NCBI GenBank assembly: GCA_032718475.1
Contig: JAUCBJ010004874.1
Coordinates: 1 to 38,713, forward strand
Length of the DNA stretch: 38,713 nucleotides
Direction of reading: 5' to 3'
Source: Nemertoderma westbladi
Lineage: Eukaryota; Animalia; Xenacoelomorpha
Shown here in pieces: positions 34,901-38,713 of the stretch. Each line of letters opens with the position of its first letter. The first letter of the stretch is position 1. Under the pieces are notes generated by a model. It had not been told where the DNA came from. It saw only the letters and a list, made by a program, of their open reading frames with translations, and made no database searches. A program made the translations under genes and the position numbers.

Positions 34901-37371
34901 ACTACAATAAGAAGGACATTTTAACTGGATGAAATCAAGCTTTTTGCGTGTGGTGTTTGGCAATGGGCATTTGTATTCTGCCTGGGTTTAGGCATTGGTT
35001 TTAGGCATGGGTCTTGGAGTGCCGGCTTGGGTTTTGGGCATGGGTATAACATTTACACCCATAATTGACTTAAACAATACATTTTGCCAAACCTCTCCCT
35101 GTCTTCTCAGTTTTTATTGGTTGGTATAATGTGTGAAATTAAGGCAACGCAAAAGTTTCAGTTTCAAATTATAATTATGGGGGTTTTGCAGCCACACTAC
35201 AGTATGTGTAATGAGTATTATTTATTGTCACCTTTCTCAGTTCTATAAATCGCTTATTCATTATTATTCGATTATCGTTAATTGTGTTTCTCAACATTTT
35301 AAATATTACTTACGTTCCACAGAATAAAGTTTTCATAGTAAACGGGGCCAATCCGATGCTGGACGGAATTGTGATGGAATCCCCGTGGCCCGGGTGGTAT
35401 TCCGGGGTTATTTCCGCTGCACCCGCTTCCCTCTACGAACATTTAAACGACGGTAAACTTCAGATCCAGGTTAGTAAACGTTAAAGGTTGAATTCCGTCG
35501 CGTGTGTGCTCCCGTTAATCAGCTTATTATACTAGCTTTAATAACCCACCCATGGTGTGAGGGTATTACCTGCTTCATTAATTCACTATGTGATTCATTC
35601 TAATTGTTGACATTGTGTGCGCCACCTGTTTCTGGTATTCTTAAAAGCCGACTCAATGTAGCAAATTATATAGGTTGAAAGCGGCGCCGACTGATAATGT
35701 CCCGATGCGTCGCTAACTCAATCTACTCTAGTTACATAATCAGCGCTTCTTAATGTCTTTTAGGTGAAAACCAAATCATTTCCTGATGGGGAGATTGGCG
35801 CTTCACTGAAGATTCCTAATGATTGTTATAAGACGGACTCGGTTGCTGTAGGCAACCAGCAGCAAGGAGACGACCCTAATGGTGGTAGGCTGGTGGTCCC
35901 TGAGGAGCGTCAACGAATGCTGTCGGACGACCCGACGGCCTGCAAGTACTACAGATACTACGCCCACGGAGAGACCTGGCCCGCTCCATTCGATCCTAAG
36001 TGCGCCACATGTCGTTGCAGGTGAGTTATATGGTACACCATATAATTTATGAGTGATACGCGTGAGAGTGATGGTACCTGTGAGTGGTGGGGCCTGTGAG
36101 TTGGTGCCTGTGAGTGAGATGGTACCTTGGAGGGATGGTACCTGTGAGTGGTGTGGTACCTTTGAGTGATGGTACCTGTGAGTGGTGCGGTGCCTGTGAG
36201 TGATGGTACCTGTGAGTGGTGGGGCCTGTGAGTTGGTGCCTGTGAATGATGGTACCTGTGAGTGGTGGGGCCTGTGAGTTGGTGCCTGTGAGTGATGGTA
36301 ACTTTGAGGGATGGTACCTTTGAGGGATGGTGCCTGTGAGTGGCGGTATCTGTGAGTGGTGTGGTGTGGTGCCTGTGAGTGATGGTAACTTTGATGGATG
36401 GTACCTTTGAGTGGTGGTACCTGTGAGTGGTGGGGCCTGTGAGTTGGTGCCTGTGAGTGATGGTAACTTTGAGGGATGGTACCTTTGAGGGATGGTGCCT
36501 GTGAGTGGCGGTATCTGTGAGTGGTGTGGTGTGGTGCCTGTGAGTGATGGTACCTGTGAGTGGTGGGGCCTGTGAGTTGGTGCCTGTGAGTGATGGTACC
36601 TTTGAGGGATGGTACCTTTGAGGGATGGTGCCTGTGAGTGGTGGTATCTGTGAGTGGTGTGGTGCCTGTGAGTGATGGTACCTGTGAGTGGTGTTGTGCC
36701 TGTGAGTGGTGGTGCTTGTGAAGGGAGCTGTGAGTTGGTAACTACGGTCACATGGTCACATGTAGATGAGAACCTATTACATTACTTGCTTCAACTAGGA
36801 ACTATATACGTCCGATTTTACCTGTACTACATACAGTACTATACTACAGTAGGTGGAGCGAGCTCGGACATTCGATATGAGATCCTTCCAGGCTTCCCGA
36901 TTCTCCATAGTTGTCGCAATTTCGTTTCTCTCAAGTTCAGTATCCTTTTCAAGCTGGTATATATATGTTATAGCCGGTCGTCCACGGGTACGTTTTCCAT
37001 GTGTTGGTTGCCAGAGAAGTAGATCTGGTATGACCTCGTGTTTACTTCGCCAGCAGTGCCCACTCAATCTTAATCTGCGTTCAGGGAGGGTGACAGGTGG
37101 TATTGTACCATCCATAAAGCTTGGCGATTTTAACTATAAACTATCTTATAATTCTATATTTCAGCAACCGGACAGTAATGTGCGAACCTATGCGTTGTCC
37201 GATTCTAACCTGTACCGACTCAATACACACACCGGAATCCTGCTGCAGACAATGCCCGGACTCTGTCTCCAAGGTTACCAAAGATCAACACAATAACGAT
37301 AAGGGACAGACGCTGCGAGCTACCACCCCAAATGCCGCTGTGATTAGCCCCGCAAACACATTCAATATATT
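22538..37371 (+). CDS. chrd: Chordin (short gastrulation orthologue), secreted BMP antagonist; 11 coding exons in the window, 3'-incomplete
   Basis: join(22538-22992,25105-25313,25864-26112,26702-26835,29559-29685,29948-30120,32813-33009,33966-34173,35323-35469,35764-36020,37165-37371) gives 2363 nt. All introns are GT-AG with matching phases and no stops. The order signal peptide, VWC, four CHRD repeats, VWC is diagnostic of chordin. Confidence 0.93.
23200..24300 (-). mobile_element. 3' end of a CR1/L2-group LINE (C-terminal Cys/His knuckle) in a chordin intron
   Basis: Across frameshifts it reads RNRDNYRVPFARNNYFKNSF..IRIWNDLP..ARMRCICSSLNDDLF..CGCGHP..HYFMECTRY..FIEATNRF. Boundaries are approximate. 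Confidence 0.75.
24480..24760 (+). mobile_element. Possible degenerate tRNA-derived SINE
   Basis: B-box-like GGTTCAACCC at ~24539 and a pyrimidine-rich CACCTTCACTTTACCCTT tail. Weak support. Confidence 0.3.
25105..25313 (+). CDS. chrd: chordin coding exon 2: start of CHRD1
   Basis: FSALLT..VARVQLELRQSVLSYSVRY. Acceptor TTTCCCAG, donor GTTAGT, phases 2 and 1. Confidence 0.9.
25864..26112 (+). CDS. chrd: chordin coding exon 3: CHRD1/CHRD2
   Basis: MVCGQW..THPNGVVKG..HRGLDYETFSSIL. Acceptor TTACAG, donor GTAAGT. Confidence 0.92.
26415..26510 (-). mobile_element. Degenerate RTE 3' fragment in a chordin intron
   Basis: The reverse complement resembles 9645-9735 (CACAATCTTGTGCTTTGGCAACCTCATGGAGAAAATGAGCATGG). 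Confidence 0.65.
26702..26835 (+). CDS. chrd: chordin coding exon 4: CHRD2
   Basis: GYGAAAVMALTPEGNELDFVIILSG. Acceptor TTTTAG, donor GTTAGT. Not in the supplied ORF list. Confidence 0.85.
27701..27831. repeat. Inverted repeat / small MITE-like hairpin
   Basis: AGCTAATTAAGTAAAACCAAAAGTGACCAAGAA pairs with TTCTTGGTCACTGTTGGTCTTACTTAATTAGCT (33 bp, 2 mismatches). Confidence 0.8.
27997..28299. mobile_element. GC-rich MITE with PIF/Harbinger-like terminus, right end damaged
   Basis: Left end GCCCCGTTCACATCCAACG; the right end keeps only CGTTGGATGT. Internal GCGGTA/TACCGC palindromes and repeated CGTTCACA. Confidence 0.6.
28380..28940. repeat. Degenerate repeat element with direct and inverted ~160-bp sub-units
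   Basis: AGAAATGAA..GCGACCAGGAAA recurs at ~28687 and ~28844, with an inverted version at ~28532-28563. CTGT/ACAG-rich spacers. Confidence 0.5.
29559..29685 (+). CDS. chrd: chordin coding exon 5: CHRD2
   Basis: EIADVWSGMSRQQQKRLARGKVSIHIE. Acceptor TTGTAG, donor GTGAGT. Confidence 0.87.
29948..30120 (+). CDS. chrd: chordin coding exon 6: CHRD2/CHRD3
   Basis: LRGIATPRMACQTYEGVLTGSEALSPVTTGGVGSVSISLSSDGSIKY. Acceptor CCCTAG, donor GTAAAT. Confidence 0.9.
31120..32790 (+). repeat. 21-bp minisatellite (AAACAAAACAAATATACAATC)n split by the HINE-like insertion
   Basis: About 3.5 units at 31120-31197 and ~15 units at 32475-32790, ending ~20 bp before the exon-7 acceptor. Confidence 0.92.
31198..32474 (-). 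mobile_element. HINE/DINE-1-like element, copy 3, in a chordin intron
   Basis: Reverse complement of the same head, microsatellite and core as copies 1-2, plus diverged CCCTCTAGCGGC sub-repeats and the same 3' terminus. ACA (TGT on the minus strand) on both sides. Confidence 0.8.
32813..33009 (+). CDS. chrd: chordin coding exon 7: CHRD3
   Basis: ITLET..AVG..ARDIYLLLSNQLYVNVAT. Acceptor TTTTTTCAG, donor GTAAGT. Confidence 0.9.
33560..33805 (-). mobile_element. tRNA-derived SINE
   Basis: The minus-strand head has A-box-like TGTCTGGTGG and B-box GGTTCGATCC, then AGCTTTCATCCTCAACTGGTCGATACATGGGAACCA, which resembles a central domain of invertebrate SINEs. The 3' boundary is uncertain. Confidence 0.6.
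33966..34173 (+). CDS. chrd: chordin coding exon 8: CHRD3/CHRD4
   Basis: SELRGLV..GAGALLWVNVTPDCQLHYQMMLQG. Acceptor CCCACAG, donor GTAAAT. Confidence 0.9.
34485..35065. mobile_element. Fold-back/MITE-like element with short tandem sub-terminal repeats
   Basis: TGTAAATGTTATACCCA (34494-34510) is a perfect inverted repeat of 35041-35057. The left arm is CCCATGCCCAAAA-like repeats and the right arm has their complements. Confidence 0.75.
35323..35469 (+). CDS. chrd: chordin coding exon 9: CHRD4
   Basis: SGVISAAPASLYEHLNDGKLQIQ. Acceptor TTCCACAG, donor GTTAGT. Confidence 0.85.
35764..36020 (+). CDS. chrd: chordin coding exon 10: end of CHRD4 + first half of CR2
   Basis: VKTKSFPDGEIGASLKIPNDC..ACKY..AHGETWPAPFDPKCATCRC. 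Donor AG|GTGAGT. Confidence 0.92.
36050..36742 (+). repeat. ~16-bp variant minisatellite (CCTGTGAGTGATGGTA-like) with ~165-bp higher-order repeat
   Basis: About 40 units starting ~30 bp into the intron that splits CR2. Confidence 0.93.
36850..37115 (-). mobile_element. RTE (second family) 3' end in a chordin intron
   Basis: ORF 36795..37115 reads RRLRLSGHCWRS..LLLWQPTHGKRTRGRP..QLEKDT..MENREAW. Confidence 0.85.
37165..37371 (+). CDS. chrd: chordin coding exon 11: second half of CR2 + linker
   Basis: RTVMCEPMRCPILTC..ESCCRQCP. Acceptor TTTCAG, probable donor GTGAGT at 37372. Confidence 0.88.
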
Positions 37372-38713
37372 GTGAGTATAGTCAGAAAACTGATGTTTTA
37401 GTAAGTGTCTACAAATACTTTAAAACTAAATACTTTACAAGTACTTTTCTTGCTTGCTTGCACTACTACTGGGTTATTGAGAAATCCAATCTTATTGAGA
37501 AAATCTGGATTTTTCATATAAAATTATTATGTTGTTTTACTGCATATTGTTACTGTAGTATCTCTCCAAAATTTTATCCATAATTATTGGCTACTAATTA
37601 CATACAATGTGCTCATCGCTTCAATCCGTTGGCCCACTGAGTGAATGATTTTACTATACTTGTTACAGTACTTCTAACAGATGGCACTTGCTGATAATGG
37701 ATAGAGTATTTTGTATGACTCCAGTTTGTCTACCTTACCATGTACTACATCAACATACATTATTGAGACAGGGGGGGGGGGGGGGGGGGGCTGCCCAATG
37801 CGGGACAAGACAAGTCTCGACAGCTCAGTAATTATTTTATATTTGCGTAATAAATTGTCGTTACACCTCGGTTACTTCTGGCGGCTCCAGCAGTTATTAT
37901 TACAGTTACAGTGACTGATTTTATTAAATAACAATTCTATTCGCACTGTAGTAGAATGACAACGCGCCCATCCAAAAACAAAATTTAATTTCACGGTGGT
38001 GAGCTTGCTGATGTGTACAAGAGTTTCATTACACCCGCGCACCGACAGGGATTATTCTCATAAAATTATTATCGATCGCCGTACCGTGAATATGTAAGTG
38101 GTAACGGACTGGCAGCCGCCTGTCGTCGGGTAGCGTTTGTTGGTAATCGACAAACACAATGAGGATTGATTTTGTTCGGCTCTCGCGATAAATTCGATTC
38201 CTTCTAAAACCTCTTATTTGCCTTCATTTGAAGCTAAATCCATAATCCCTTTACATCTTGTCTTAATTAAACTCTGCGCTCTGCTGTGTACTGTAACTAT
38301 AGTTAGCTTTGCCTGCGTCGCGATTCCCAAAGGAATGTCCGCGTGTATAAATGGCAGGCTCTCGTCGAGTTATAATTCCGTATCGATTTATACCTAAAAG
38401 CCGGGGTTAAAGGCGATTAAGGATTAGTAACCTTACCGATCGATTGAGGGTCAAGTCCCTCGCCCGCTAGTGTTGAAGTTTAATAGCTGGGCTCTGCAGG
38501 TGCGCTGGTGATGCCCCCTTGAAGCCTGGCATACATTAGTTGCGCTGTGTTTACACTAGAGGATGCGCTGCCTTCTGATAAGTAATGCCGTTTCCTATTC
38601 AATTCAAATCAATCAATTTAGAATGCAATAATAAGAGAGAGGGATTAGGAATTGGGTGATGCAAGGGAATATTAATTGTTTATTAAAATAAACTCAGTAG
38701 TAAGTGTTCGAAG

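Noticed and set aside
36047-36751. 234-aa Thr/Pro/His-rich mucin-like ORF
   Set aside because: It is the antisense translation of the intronic minisatellite.
37681-37914. Next chordin exon after the acceptor-like CTTCTAACAG
   Set aside because: The required phase gives no VWC cysteine pattern and runs into a poly-G tract. CR3 and CR4 are probably beyond the window.
38400-38470. tRNA or SINE head (GAGGG-TCAAGT-CCCTC hairpin)
   Set aside because: Only a T-arm-like stem with a non-canonical loop, and no convincing A box or cloverleaf.

Overview
This is animal (probably invertebrate) nuclear DNA. It starts at a contig end carrying an untrimmed back-to-back SMART/PacBio low-input amplification adapter (1-49). 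The left half (~50-18700) is a dense nest of transposon remains. It holds many fragments of one RTE-clade LINE in both orientations, two CR1/L2-group LINE pieces nested inside RTE remnants, and two copies of a microsatellite-headed HINE/DINE-1-like element. It also holds a ~2.3-kb direct duplication that brackets a chimeric minus-strand cassette (RTE fragment, processed hnRNP A/B retrocopy, Ulp1/C48 protease-like ORF). The right half (~19800-38713) is a multi-exon chordin (chrd/sog) gene on the + strand. I could splice 11 coding exons with GT-AG sites and consistent phases, giving ~787 codons: signal peptide, CR1, four CHRD repeats and CR2. CR3 and CR4 presumably lie beyond the window. Upstream are a probable non-coding first exon, a TATA box and a cluster of Smad-type motifs. 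The chordin introns contain LINE, SINE, MITE and minisatellite insertions. I found no CRISPR array, rRNA or intact tRNA, and no clearly new multi-gene system. The best leads are the repeat-bracketed hnRNP-Ulp1 chimera, the TGT-targeting element, the splice-donor minisatellite and the Trp-to-Phe change in CR1. All homology calls come from motif recognition by eye, not from database searches.
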